Part shown: positions 31,838 to 40,623 of the stretch, one piece after another
Layout of the letters: each line of letters begins with the position of its first letter
How positions within the stretch are numbered: the first letter of the stretch is position 1
From: a virus
Virus record (IMG/VR): IMGVR_UViG_3300028840_002524
Coordinates: 32,001-96,000 of that record
DNA length: 64,000 nucleotides
Reading direction: 5' to 3' (one strand)
Notes under the pieces: generated by a model
Databases searched by the model: none
What the model saw: the letters and a program-made list of their open reading frames with translations, nothing else
What the model was told of the DNA's origin: nothing
Program-made: the position numbers and the translations under genes

Positions 31838-32029
31838 ATGCCCGAGAAAAAGAAAGTTCCGCAGCGAAGCAACTCAAAGGCAGAGCTCAAGAAGAGGAGA
31901 AAACTCGTGGAGGACAAGCAGGGCGCCAAGGCCCTGGAAGCCATCGCCATCGCGCAGGGGAAGCGCCCGCGAAAATGTGCCAGCCTCGCGGTGCCTCCCA
32001 TGGCCCCTCCACCCGAAGAGGAGGAGTAG
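31838..32029 (+). CDS. small basic hypothetical protein
   Basis: GGAG RBS; fills gap. Confidence 0.5.
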   Translation: MPEKKKVPQRSNSKAELKKRRKLVEDKQGAKALEAIAIAQGKRPRKCASLAVPPMAPPPEEEE

Positions 32030-32031
32030 CC

Positions 32032-32589
32032 TTGAGGCAGGCGGTACTATTGCTGCTCTTGTTCGCCGTGGGGTGCTCGTGCGAGATTCGGGAGCCTTTC
32101 CTGAAACTCCACAAGGAGTTCCTCCAGAAGACCTATAACTGGGTTCCTGCCGACAACGAGGCAAGCAAGTACCGCGACCGAGAGGAGGCCGCGAGGGCCT
32201 ACCTCCAGGAACAGCGGGCCGTCTTGAATCCGTACGCGATCTCGACGCGCCTCAAAGATGACGGGTTCCATTGGCACAAGGAGAGCTTCGACTTCACCTC
32301 CTACGACTGGGTGACCGTCGCAAGGAAAAGGGGCGATTGCGACGATTTCATGGTCCTCTGGGAGTCCATCCTCAAATACCAGGGCGACGTGATCCGGGTC
32401 ACGGTTCGCTCTACCGAGGGGCGCGGCCACGCCATGCTCCTCTTCTACCCCAAGGGCTCCGGGCACGTGTACCTCCTCTCGAACGTGGGCGTACGGGGGA
32501 TGGCCCCCAAGGGGGAGGAAGATGCGCTCATCCGCCTGTTCTATGGGGAGAAAACAGACTGCTATGTGACCTACAAGGGCATCGAGTAA
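32032..32589 (+). CDS. lipoprotein with transglutaminase-like Cys protease domain
   Basis: GAGGAG RBS before TTG 32032; signal/lipobox 'LLLLLFAVGC'; 'GDCDDF...GHAML...LSN'. Confidence 0.75.
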   Translation: MRQAVLLLLLFAVGCSCEIREPFLKLHKEFLQKTYNWVPADNEASKYRDREEAARAYLQEQRAVLNPYAISTRLKDDGFHWHKESFDFTSYDWVTVARKRGDCDDFMVLWESILKYQGDVIRVTVRSTEGRGHAMLLFYPKGSGHVYLLSNVGVRGMAPKGEEDALIRLFYGEKTDCYVTYKGIE

Positions 32590-32605
32590 CGCTTCGGAGG
32601 CAATC

Positions 32606-33028
32606 ATGGAAGGACTCGACTGGGGGGCAATCATTCAGTTCCTCATCACATCGGGGATCGCTGCGGCCGTCCTCGCGGGCCTGATCAAGTTCGGGACCGG
32701 CGCGGTGGGGAAGCAACTCGGGTGGGACGAAAAAAAGCAGACGGCCTGGAAAGAGCGCCTGGACGGGTGGGCTGCGACCGGCATTCACTACGCCGAGGAA
32801 GCCGCCAAGCACAAGGTGTTCTCCTCGAAGGACGCTCAGGCCCGGTTCAAGGAAGGATTAGCTGTGGACTTCGTTTCCCGTCAGATGGGGATCGAGGAGG
32901 GGCTTGCAAAGGCGGCCGTCCGGGCGGCCTTCTCGCTCTCGCCCCTGGCGAAACCCGTCAAGCACGACGAGGCGGCGAAGTTCGAGGACAAGGATGCAGA
33001 GGCTCTGATCGAAGAGCAAGGAGGCTAA
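32606..33028 (+). CDS. holin (LL-H-like)
   Basis: One N-terminal TM; 'GIHYAEE...K..AVDFV...AAVRAA' pattern. Confidence 0.65.
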   Translation: MEGLDWGAIIQFLITSGIAAAVLAGLIKFGTGAVGKQLGWDEKKQTAWKERLDGWAATGIHYAEEAAKHKVFSSKDAQARFKEGLAVDFVSRQMGIEEGLAKAAVRAAFSLSPLAKPVKHDEAAKFEDKDAEALIEEQGG

Positions 33029-33029
33029 C

Positions 33030-33296
33030 ATGAGGCGTACAACACTGCTCATGCTTGTCCTCGCGCTCGTGGTCGGGCTGTCCGGGTGCTGCACGATCTC
33101 CCAGGAGGTCAAGGATGAGGTGCACCTGAGCTACCTGCGGCAGGGCAAGTACATCTCCCTCATGGAAGAGGGGAAAACGACGCCCGAGCAGGACCAAAGA
33201 ATGCTCAAGGCCAACCTCAAGGTATTCGCGGCACTGGACCTCAAGATCAACGAGAACGAGGACGCCAAAGAGGACGCAGGGAAGGAGGACCCATGA
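33030..33296 (+). CDS. small lipoprotein (possible spanin-like)
   Basis: 'MRRTTLLMLVLALVVGLSGC' lipobox; GGAGG RBS. Confidence 0.7.
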   Translation: MRRTTLLMLVLALVVGLSGCCTISQEVKDEVHLSYLRQGKYISLMEEGKTTPEQDQRMLKANLKVFAALDLKINENEDAKEDAGKEDP

Positions 33297-33688
33297 CCGT
33301 CGAAAAGCTGGCGGGCGAGTGGTTCGACAAACTCATCTCCGAGGCGGAAAGTCGCCTCGACGGCGTGGCAAGCAACTCGGGACGCCAAGCCGGGATGGGT
33401 GCCCTCAAGGTCCTCTCCGACAACAAGGACGGCCTGATAGCCCTGGGCAAGGACAACGTGATGGAGTTCCTCGGAATGGTCGGTCGTGGCGACAGCAAAG
33501 AGGCACGGAAGTTCTTCATCGCCAAGACCGAGGACCCGGACGCCCTGATCAAGGACATGGAAGCGGGCGCGGACCGGATCAACGATGCCCCCGATCTCAA
33601 CTGGGCCGAAGTGGTCGAGAAGATCGTCATCGGCCTGGGCGAGGTGGGAGCCAAGGTGGCCCTCGCCGCCCTCGTGGGACTCCTGTAA
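33293..33688 (+). CDS. hypothetical protein with hydrophobic C-terminus
   Basis: GGAGG RBS, ATGA overlap. Confidence 0.65.
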   Translation: MTVEKLAGEWFDKLISEAESRLDGVASNSGRQAGMGALKVLSDNKDGLIALGKDNVMEFLGMVGRGDSKEARKFFIAKTEDPDALIKDMEAGADRINDAPDLNWAEVVEKIVIGLGEVGAKVALAALVGLL

Positions 33689-33722
33689 GCCCGAAGCGTT
33701 GCTGTCAAGCGACGCCCCACCT

Positions 33723-33770
33723 GAGCCCCGGCGGCCCGGACCTGTCGGGGCTCTTATTTTCTTTATTTTA
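33723..33770 (+). terminator. intrinsic terminator ending the late operon
   Basis: GAGCCCCGGC...GTCGGGGCTC stem followed by TTATTTTCTTTATTTT. Confidence 0.8.
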
Positions 33771-33772
33771 GT

Positions 33773-33801
33773 TTGACAATCCGGACGTGATAGCGTATGA
33801 T
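33773..33801 (+). promoter_or_regulatory. sigma70-type promoter (probably leaderless transcript)
   Basis: TTGACA-17 bp-TATGAT; ATG at 33808 sits at expected +1. Confidence 0.85.
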
Positions 33802-33807
33802 ACGACC

Positions 33808-34641
33808 ATGAAATACACCGTATTGCGGTACGAATACGACGCCGACGGGGAGACAAAGCGCAAGACGGCCATCTTGCCCGGGTTTTTTGGGCCGGGGAGT
33901 CCGCTCCTCGCCGCGTACCTGAAACGGGTACACCCCGAATACATTCCCCGGAGGCCGTCGGTGCGCCTCATGCAGTTCGACGACACGGTGCCGTCGTTCT
34001 ATGACCTATTCGGGTACTGGAGTGCGTGCTCGGACTGCTCCCTCGGCGAGACGGCCAACAAGCGGGCCTTTTACAGGGGTCCCCTCACGGCCGAGATCAT
34101 GTGCATCGGAGAGGCCCCTGGCGCCGAAGAGGACCGCGTGGGGCTACCGTTCATTGGGAGGGCCGGTGACTTCCTCAACTGGCTCCTGGAACAGGCTGGA
34201 ATCGACCCTGACGCCGTTTTGATCGCCAACACGACCCTCTGCCGCCCCACAGGGCCCTCGGGGAAGGACCGGCCTCCTACGCCCACCGAGGTGGGGGCCT
34301 GCATCAAACACCTTCGGGACCTCCTGCACGTCGTAAAGCCGAGGGTCGTGGTCCTCATGGGCGCAACGGCCCGGGATGCGTTCACGCGCTCGAAAATCGA
34401 CTGGGAAACGCGGTTCAGCCTGGACATCCCCACCACATTCGGCCTCATCCATCACCCCGCGTGGTTCCTGCGGAGCGGCGGGAAGGAGGCCAAGGAGGTT
34501 TCCAAGGCGACCGCGCTCCTGTATTCCCTCAAGGTGGCGGCCGAGCGAGGCCGTAAGCGCCTACGGCCCGAGGTTGAATGGGAGAACCTGTTGTGGCCCT
34601 CTGTCGAGCGGGCCATCAAGCACTGCAAGGGGGATCAATGA
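33808..34641 (+). CDS. uracil-DNA glycosylase family 4 (Fe-S)
   Basis: 'CSDCSL', 'IGEAPG..ED..G.PFIGRAG', 'N..LCRP', 'C', 'HHPAW'. Confidence 0.92.
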   Translation: MKYTVLRYEYDADGETKRKTAILPGFFGPGSPLLAAYLKRVHPEYIPRRPSVRLMQFDDTVPSFYDLFGYWSACSDCSLGETANKRAFYRGPLTAEIMCIGEAPGAEEDRVGLPFIGRAGDFLNWLLEQAGIDPDAVLIANTTLCRPTGPSGKDRPPTPTEVGACIKHLRDLLHVVKPRVVVLMGATARDAFTRSKIDWETRFSLDIPTTFGLIHHPAWFLRSGGKEAKEVSKATALLYSLKVAAERGRKRLRPEVEWENLLWPSVERAIKHCKGDQ

Positions 34642-36857
34642 GCAAGAAGCCGAGCCCGGCCGCGATCCGGAAGGAAATCCTCAAGCGTACGGACATAGAC
34701 ATGCCCTATGACCCCAACCCGATCCAGTGCGCCGGGTGGCAGGTTCTCCCGGACCACGAGGAGAATATCGTGGTGGCGACGCAGGCGTCCACCGGAAAGA
34801 CCTTCTTCCTGGAGATGGCGCTCGCCCTGGGCGGCGGAGGCGTCTACGTGACCCCCACCAAGGCCCTGTGCGAGCAGAAACACGACGATTGGACCAAGGA
34901 CGGCCACCCCTTCGGGCAGTCCATCGTGGTCAAGACAGGGGATCACCCGAGCGACAACGCCAAACTGCTCTCGAAACGCAAGTTCAAGCTCATGACGCCC
35001 GAGGCGTTCGGGTCTGCCACGCGCAACCTGAATACGAACCTGTGGCTCAAGGACCTTCGAGCCCTCTGCCTGGACGAAATACACCATTTCGGGAGCGACG
35101 GCCGGGGCCACAAGCTCGAAGCGGGCCTCGTGGACTTCTTCAATTCGTTCCAGAATTGCCGTGTGATCGCCGCCAGCGCCACGTTGCCCAACGCCAAGGA
35201 GATCGGAACGTGGCTCACGCGCCTGAACGGCCGTGAAACATTCGTGATCGAGAGTCCGTGGCGCCCGCAGCCCCTCTACAAGCATTTTATCCCCTTCACC
35301 TACCTCCTCGGGAGCGGCTCCTACTACGTGAACGAGGTGGAGATGGTGAGCAACGCGGCCCAGCTCGCCATGAGCAAGCCCGACGAGAAGTACATCTGCT
35401 TCGTGCACACGAAGAATGCCGGGTGGAAGCTGAAAAAGGCCCTCGAAGAGGCTGGAGAGCAGCCCGAATTCCACAATGCCGACCTGAACCTCGCCAAGCG
35501 CAAGGACCTGGAAGAGCGTTTCACGGCCGGGGACATCCGGGTCCTGATCGCTACCTCGACGGTGGCCGCCGGGTGTAACTTCCCGGCCCGAAACGTGGTG
35601 GTATGCGGGGTGTTCCGGGGGAAATCCGACGTGGACCCTCGGGACCTCATCCAGATGGGCGAGCGGGCAGGGCGCCCAGGCTTCGATCCGAAGGGGGACG
35701 CCTACTACCTCCTCCCGTCCCACGAAGTGGACAAGTGGAAGGAACTCCTCGCGTCACCCCCTCCCATCGCGTCCAAGATCAACGAGATTTCGAACCTCGC
35801 GTTCCACCTGATCGCGGGGATTGCCAAGGGCCGAGTGACCAATGAGGCCGAGCTGGAGACGTGGTTCTCGAAAACCTTCGCTTTCCACACCGGCGAGCCG
35901 GTCACGGAGGCCAAGCACATCATCGACCGGCTCATGCGGGCCAAGGCCGTGGTGGTCGAGGACGGAAAGTGGGAAGCGACGGCCCTGGGACGTGCGGCCG
36001 CCAATTTCTACTACGATCCGTTCGACATCTTTGCTTGGCACGCCAACCTCCTGCGGCTCAAGGCCGTGGGGATGAAGGACCCGGAACGCATCCCCGACAT
36101 CGTTCTCGCGTGGGTGTTCGGGAACGCCCCCTCCGGGTCCTCGGATTTCATCACAAAGGACTGCCAACCGTTCGTGGATATGGTCCGAAACCGGCTCGAA
36201 CACGTGTCGATGCAGCTCGGTCTTGGTCTCCAGCCCATGAACACCATGATGGGCATCTCGGCGGCCTACGCGGCGCTGCAAGATCCCGAAGAGCACCCGG
36301 ATGATGGGTTCCCCGGGGGCATCCGGTTCGGAATGTTCAACCTCCAGGGCGACGCCGAGCGCATTGCGGCCGTTATGTGCTTCGTGAACGACAGCACCAA
36401 GCTCGGGATGCGCGACGTGATCGAGAAAACCCTCATCCGGATGAAATACAGGGTGCCCTACGAGGCCGTGGCCCTGTGCCAGATCAAGCACGTAGGCGGC
36501 TCGCGGGCCATGGCCCTCCTGCGGCGCGGGATTAGGACACCGGCCGACGTGGTGGACAATGCCGACCGGGTGTCGGAGATGTTCGGCAAGCCGGGCGCCT
36601 GGATCGTGGATGATGCCGAGCGCCTCGCGCACAAGTCGGGGCATTCCAACCCCAAGTTCGCGGCCCACTCCTGGGCCACCAAGAAGAAGGAGGAGAAGAG
36701 CGCCCCGGCCAAGAAAAAGGGTGTCCCAAAGAAGAAGGGAATCAAAAAGGGAGTGAAGAAGGGAGTAAAAAAGGGAGTGAAGAAGGGCGTCAAAAAGGCC
36801 GTAAAGGGCCGAAAGAAGGGTGTCAAGAAGAAAATTAAACCCAAGAAAAAGGCGTGA
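34638..36857 (+). CDS. Ski2/Hel308-like SF2 helicase with Lys-rich tail
   Basis: Q motif 'PNPIQ', 'TGKT', 'PTKAL', 'DEIH', 'SATLPN', 'TSTVAAGCNFPA', 'QMGERAGRP', 'ATALG', HhH 'IKHVGGSRA'. Confidence 0.9.
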   Translation: MSKKPSPAAIRKEILKRTDIDMPYDPNPIQCAGWQVLPDHEENIVVATQASTGKTFFLEMALALGGGGVYVTPTKALCEQKHDDWTKDGHPFGQSIVVKTGDHPSDNAKLLSKRKFKLMTPEAFGSATRNLNTNLWLKDLRALCLDEIHHFGSDGRGHKLEAGLVDFFNSFQNCRVIAASATLPNAKEIGTWLTRLNGRETFVIESPWRPQPLYKHFIPFTYLLGSGSYYVNEVEMVSNAAQLAMSKPDEKYICFVHTKNAGWKLKKALEEAGEQPEFHNADLNLAKRKDLEERFTAGDIRVLIATSTVAAGCNFPARNVVVCGVFRGKSDVDPRDLIQMGERAGRPGFDPKGDAYYLLPSHEVDKWKELLASPPPIASKINEISNLAFHLIAGIAKGRVTNEAELETWFSKTFAFHTGEPVTEAKHIIDRLMRAKAVVVEDGKWEATALGRAAANFYYDPFDIFAWHANLLRLKAVGMKDPERIPDIVLAWVFGNAPSGSSDFITKDCQPFVDMVRNRLEHVSMQLGLGLQPMNTMMGISAAYAALQDPEEHPDDGFPGGIRFGMFNLQGDAERIAAVMCFVNDSTKLGMRDVIEKTLIRMKYRVPYEAVALCQIKHVGGSRAMALLRRGIRTPADVVDNADRVSEMFGKPGAWIVDDAERLAHKSGHSNPKFAAHSWATKKKEEKSAPAKKKGVPKKKGIKKGVKKGVKKGVKKGVKKAVKGRKKGVKKKIKPKKKA

Positions 36858-36859
36858 CC

Positions 36860-36889
36860 TTGACGGTCGCTCCGCCATCAAGATAAGCT
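36860..36889 (+). promoter_or_regulatory. possible promoter
   Basis: TTGACG-18 bp-TAAGCT before ATG 36899. Confidence 0.4.
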
Positions 36890-36898
36890 GAGACTTGT

Positions 36899-37855
36899 AT
36901 GTCCTCCAGAAAGCTCATCGACCGGTTCCCAGCTCTATTCTGGTCCCCCGAGGAGTTCGACTCCCCGGACACCGGCGCTGTAATTGCACCGACGGCCACC
37001 GTTCTGCGCCGTGAGGACCTCCCCCCGGCCGCTGCTAAGGTGGACACGGCCGCATACCTTCGTGATTTCTTCAAGGCCAAGCTCGGCGAGGAAGTAAGCG
37101 ACCCTCCCAAGCCGGTAACCGGAGACGTTCTCGTGGTGGGCGGCGAGGACGGGGAGCCCGAGATCAGCATCGGCAAGGTGGGAAACGACCTTATTAAGTC
37201 TTTGAACGCATACGCCGAAGAAAAGATCGACAAGAGTTTATTCGTTTCCACCCCCCTCATCGGGGGGCCTAACCTCCTCAAGCTCTTCGGCATCAAACCC
37301 GAGGACGTGCCGCAGGCCGAGGAGTCAGAGGGATTCGTCAAGTTTGAGGATCTTGAACTCACGCATGGAGAGTTCAAACAACTCACGGCGCTGGCGAAAG
37401 AAATCGAGAAAAAAACGGGCCACAAGCCCGACATCGTGGCCCTTGGGAAGTCTGCCAAGGAGGGCACGCCGTACCACCATGAGACCGCCGACGGTCCGAT
37501 CAACGTGGACATTCAGAAGGTGGGCGGTAAGAGCACCTTTGCCGAGGATGTGGAGTGGGTGCAGAAGAAGCTCATGGAGGGCCTCCAGCTCACGCCAGAG
37601 ATGCTCGGTACCGCGTGCGTAGGAACAGGCAAGTCCATGATGGCGTTCGAGGCCGCAGCAAACGCCGCCAAGAACGCGAAGAATGGGAAGTGCTCGGAGT
37701 GTTTCTGGTTCGAGCACGCCATCATGGACCCCCTTTCCGGGAAGCCCGTGCACGTGGAGTGCACGCACGAGAAGGTGAGCGTGGAGTTCGCTACCGAGAA
37801 GTTCATTGTCGGGAACAAGGTTCCCTGTTTCGGATTCGAGGATGCAAGCGACTGA
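36899..37855 (+). CDS. hypothetical protein, C-terminal Cys/His cluster
   Basis: Long ORF; 'CSEC...CTH...C'. Confidence 0.65.
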   Translation: MSSRKLIDRFPALFWSPEEFDSPDTGAVIAPTATVLRREDLPPAAAKVDTAAYLRDFFKAKLGEEVSDPPKPVTGDVLVVGGEDGEPEISIGKVGNDLIKSLNAYAEEKIDKSLFVSTPLIGGPNLLKLFGIKPEDVPQAEESEGFVKFEDLELTHGEFKQLTALAKEIEKKTGHKPDIVALGKSAKEGTPYHHETADGPINVDIQKVGGKSTFAEDVEWVQKKLMEGLQLTPEMLGTACVGTGKSMMAFEAAANAAKNAKNGKCSECFWFEHAIMDPLSGKPVHVECTHEKVSVEFATEKFIVGNKVPCFGFEDASD

Positions 37856-38396
37856 GGCCCACATCCTGAAAACGCTCTTGTCGTTCGAGTTCATCCCCCG
37901 CCATGCCGGGGAGGAGCCCGTCATCGACACTGTGCACGACGCGACCTGGAAGTGCACCGTCTACCACATCGTATTCCCGGTCCAGCTATCCCTCGACGGG
38001 TCGCTCATCGTGATCACCAACATCGACCGCGAGACGGGGGAGCCCACGCGGCCGTACATGATCGTCATGTTCGAGCATCCGTCTGGTGCCCTCTCCATGA
38101 AGGTGAACAGGAACTCTGTGTGGAGGCGCGAGCTCCGCAAGGCTGTGGGCTTTGCGATCTCGCTTTCCAGGGAACTCCTCTTCAACAAGCCCAAGGTCAC
38201 CGACTATCCGGATGATCAGACGTGGGCGCAGGCCGCGAATGACGCCAGCGGCTTTAACAAGGCGCAATACGACAGAGCTCGTGCCCGGTTCAGGGCCTAC
38301 GAGAAGGTACAAGAGAAGAAGGTTGTTCGGGGGCTCAAGAGGGGGTGCCCCGTTCGTGGTTCGGAGGCCGTAGCAGCATGGCTCAAGTCCGCGTAG
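37842..38396 (+). CDS. hypothetical protein
   Basis: ATG 37842 overlapping upstream gene end; typical codon usage. Confidence 0.6.
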   Translation: MQATEAHILKTLLSFEFIPRHAGEEPVIDTVHDATWKCTVYHIVFPVQLSLDGSLIVITNIDRETGEPTRPYMIVMFEHPSGALSMKVNRNSVWRRELRKAVGFAISLSRELLFNKPKVTDYPDDQTWAQAANDASGFNKAQYDRARARFRAYEKVQEKKVVRGLKRGCPVRGSEAVAAWLKSA

Positions 38397-38911
38397 GAAT
38401 GGACCTGTGGCAACACGGGATCAAGGCGCTCGCCGGGAGCAAAAACCGCCTCTACAGGTCATGCCGTCCGGGGTATCCCCTCTCGGACGTGTCCGTCGAG
38501 GGCATAGACTCCTACATCAAGGACTGGGCCAAGCACAAGATCACCCACGTCCTTTGCCTCCTCACCGACGGGGAACAGCTCTGGTACTACGGCCGGGACC
38601 TCCTTGGCTTCTACAGGCGCCGGGGATTCAAGGTCATCAAGATGCCCATTCCCGACCATGGGTCGATGCGGATGGAGCACGCCAAGCGCACGTGCGAACA
38701 GGTCGCCAAGGCGCTCGGGGAAAAGGGAACCCGCGTTCTCGTTCACTGTTCGGCAGGGATGGGGCGCACAAGCATGGTGTTAGGTTGTGTAGCAGCATAC
38801 ATGAGTGTCTGTGGTCCACTTCGCGGGGTGAAGGGAACGGGCATCCCACAAACCCATTCCCAGGAACAGCTCATCTCGGAATACCGGAAGTGGATCACGG
38901 GAGGCAAATAG
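38378..38911 (+). CDS. protein-tyrosine / dual-specificity phosphatase
   Basis: 'PIPDH' acid loop, P-loop 'HCSAGMGRT', 'QT..Q'. Confidence 0.92.
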   Translation: MAQVRVGMDLWQHGIKALAGSKNRLYRSCRPGYPLSDVSVEGIDSYIKDWAKHKITHVLCLLTDGEQLWYYGRDLLGFYRRRGFKVIKMPIPDHGSMRMEHAKRTCEQVAKALGEKGTRVLVHCSAGMGRTSMVLGCVAAYMSVCGPLRGVKGTGIPQTHSQEQLISEYRKWITGGK

Positions 38912-38924
38912 CACAGGAGGACCA

Positions 38925-40016
38925 ATGCACAGCGAGGACTCTCTCCCTCTGAGTCAGCAGTTCAGGGAATCCGCCTATTTCAAGGACACGATACGCCCAG
39001 ACGGGGCGTTCCTCTACGCCACCCTGCGACGCATCGCCCTGCGCGAGGCCCTCCCGGCCGACGTGCGGGCCACCCTCGGGCGAGGGTGCATCGCGGCCTG
39101 CGTGACCATCCCCGCCCTCTCGGCCCAGGTGGGCCGGTCGAAGAACACGGTACGCGCAAAACTCCAAGTTCTGGAGGACGCCGGGTGGATCCAGCGCAAG
39201 GAGCGCATCGGCCTCCCGTCCGCGTATGTTCTGGCCGACAGCTCGGGGTATTTCGCCGACAAAGTAATGCTCGCCATGGGCGAAGGACCCGTCTGTTCCG
39301 ACGGGACCCCTCCAAAAATTGGAGGGGTGGCGAGAAAGGAAGCTACGCCAAAACGTAAGCGAGGGCGGAAGAAAGGTGTTCGCAAGCTGTCCGGAAGCTG
39401 CGGCGCAAGCTGCGCCGAGGCCGAGGATTATGGCGTATGCGGCAGCTTTCCGGAAGCTTTGGCCGTTTCAGACCCCTCCAAAAATTGGAGGGGTGGCGAA
39501 AACAATAATATAGGTAGATATATAGCTTCTTTAGATACTAATAATAGCTCTCCTCTTTTTGTTCACGCCACCCCTCCAAAAATTGGAGGGGTTCAAAACC
39601 CTCTCGAAAAACGCAAGCGCGGTTGGGAGAAGCTCCCGGTTGATCGGTGGGGGCACACGACCCTCTGGGCGATGATCTCCGACCGCCTCCTCGAAACAGG
39701 AATCGCACCGCTAACCTTGGACACGAAATCCCGGGCTTCCATGCGGTCCCTTGCCAAGACCTACCCGATGGATGAGCTCCAGAGGGTGGGCGAGTTCTTC
39801 GCCGAGCACTACCGCGAGCTACGGAACGTGTACGACTGGCGGGGCTCCCCTCGGGGCGGCCTATTCGCCGGGTGGTATACGACGATCCGGGAGCACGCCG
39901 ACGGCCGCGCCATCACGAAGCGCGGAGCGAAGGAGAGCAAGGAACGGGGATCACAGAGCATGGACGAAATCCCGAGGATTCGAAAGTTCAAGGGGAGCAA
40001 GCATGCGACGCCGTGA
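38925..40016 (+). CDS. replication initiator (wHTH, lambda O-like) containing the origin
   Basis: HTH 'TIPALSAQVGRSKNTVRAKLQVLEDAGWI'; internal palindromic repeats; directly upstream of DnaC and DnaB. Confidence 0.75.
   Translation: MHSEDSLPLSQQFRESAYFKDTIRPDGAFLYATLRRIALREALPADVRATLGRGCIAACVTIPALSAQVGRSKNTVRAKLQVLEDAGWIQRKERIGLPSAYVLADSSGYFADKVMLAMGEGPVCSDGTPPKIGGVARKEATPKRKRGRKKGVRKLSGSCGASCAEAEDYGVCGSFPEALAVSDPSKNWRGGENNNIGRYIASLDTNNSSPLFVHATPPKIGGVQNPLEKRKRGWEKLPVDRWGHTTLWAMISDRLLETGIAPLTLDTKSRASMRSLAKTYPMDELQRVGEFFAEHYRELRNVYDWRGSPRGGLFAGWYTTIREHADGRAITKRGAKESKERGSQSMDEIPRIRKFKGSKHATP
39306..39592. repeat. three 23-bp palindromic iterons ACCCCTCCAAAAATTGGAGGGGT plus AT-rich tract; probable replication origin
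   Basis: Copies at 39306-39328, 39472-39494, 39570-39592; AT-rich stretch ~39499-39562. Confidence 0.85.
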
Positions 40017-40623
40017 ACTCAAACCCGAGTCGGTGGCCTCCGTCACCGAGGACATGCTGATCAATTCGGGTGTGCCCAGGAAATTCTGGAACGCCCAGCT
40101 TGGCGCCGTCGATGGCGATCCCGAGTTCAAGAGCCTCATCCGCGAGTTCATGCGGGACATTCACGAGCACGCCAAGGACGGTATGGGGCTGCTCCTCCGG
40201 GGCTCGTACGGGAGTGGCAAAACGTCCCTGGCGGTGACGCTCCTCAAGGTGGCGATACAGCGCGGGGGCCTCGCCCACTTCGTGCAGTCCCGCGACCTCC
40301 CGGCAGTCTATTTCGACGACGCCACCATTGATCGGTCCTTCGAAGAGCCCATCGTGATCAAGGACCGCCTGCGCACGTGCAACCTTATCGTGATCGACGA
40401 TCTCGGCGCGGAGTCTTTCGACACCCACGGGAACGCCGGTGCGCTGATCGAGGGGGTTCTCCGGGACGCCTACAACGAGGAGCAGATCGTGGTGGTCACG
40501 ACAAACTGCAACGAGGGGGAACTCCGGTCCAGGTTCAACAAGGGGGTGATCAGTCTCCTCCACCGCATGACCACGGCAGTCGAAATCAATTCCGACCAGT
40601 GGCAGAAACACGATGAGGATTAG
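40003..40623 (+). CDS. dnaC: DnaC/IstB-like helicase loader ATPase
   Basis: 'GLLLRGSYGSGKTSLA', 'LIVIDDLGAE', 'VVTTN'. Confidence 0.9.
   Translation: MRRRELKPESVASVTEDMLINSGVPRKFWNAQLGAVDGDPEFKSLIREFMRDIHEHAKDGMGLLLRGSYGSGKTSLAVTLLKVAIQRGGLAHFVQSRDLPAVYFDDATIDRSFEEPIVIKDRLRTCNLIVIDDLGAESFDTHGNAGALIEGVLRDAYNEEQIVVVTTNCNEGELRSRFNKGVISLLHRMTTAVEINSDQWQKHDED

Noticed and set aside
39306-39592. Palindromic repeats as a mini-CRISPR array
   Set aside because: Spacers are unequal and long (143 and 75 bp) and lie within the initiator ORF; fits an origin better.
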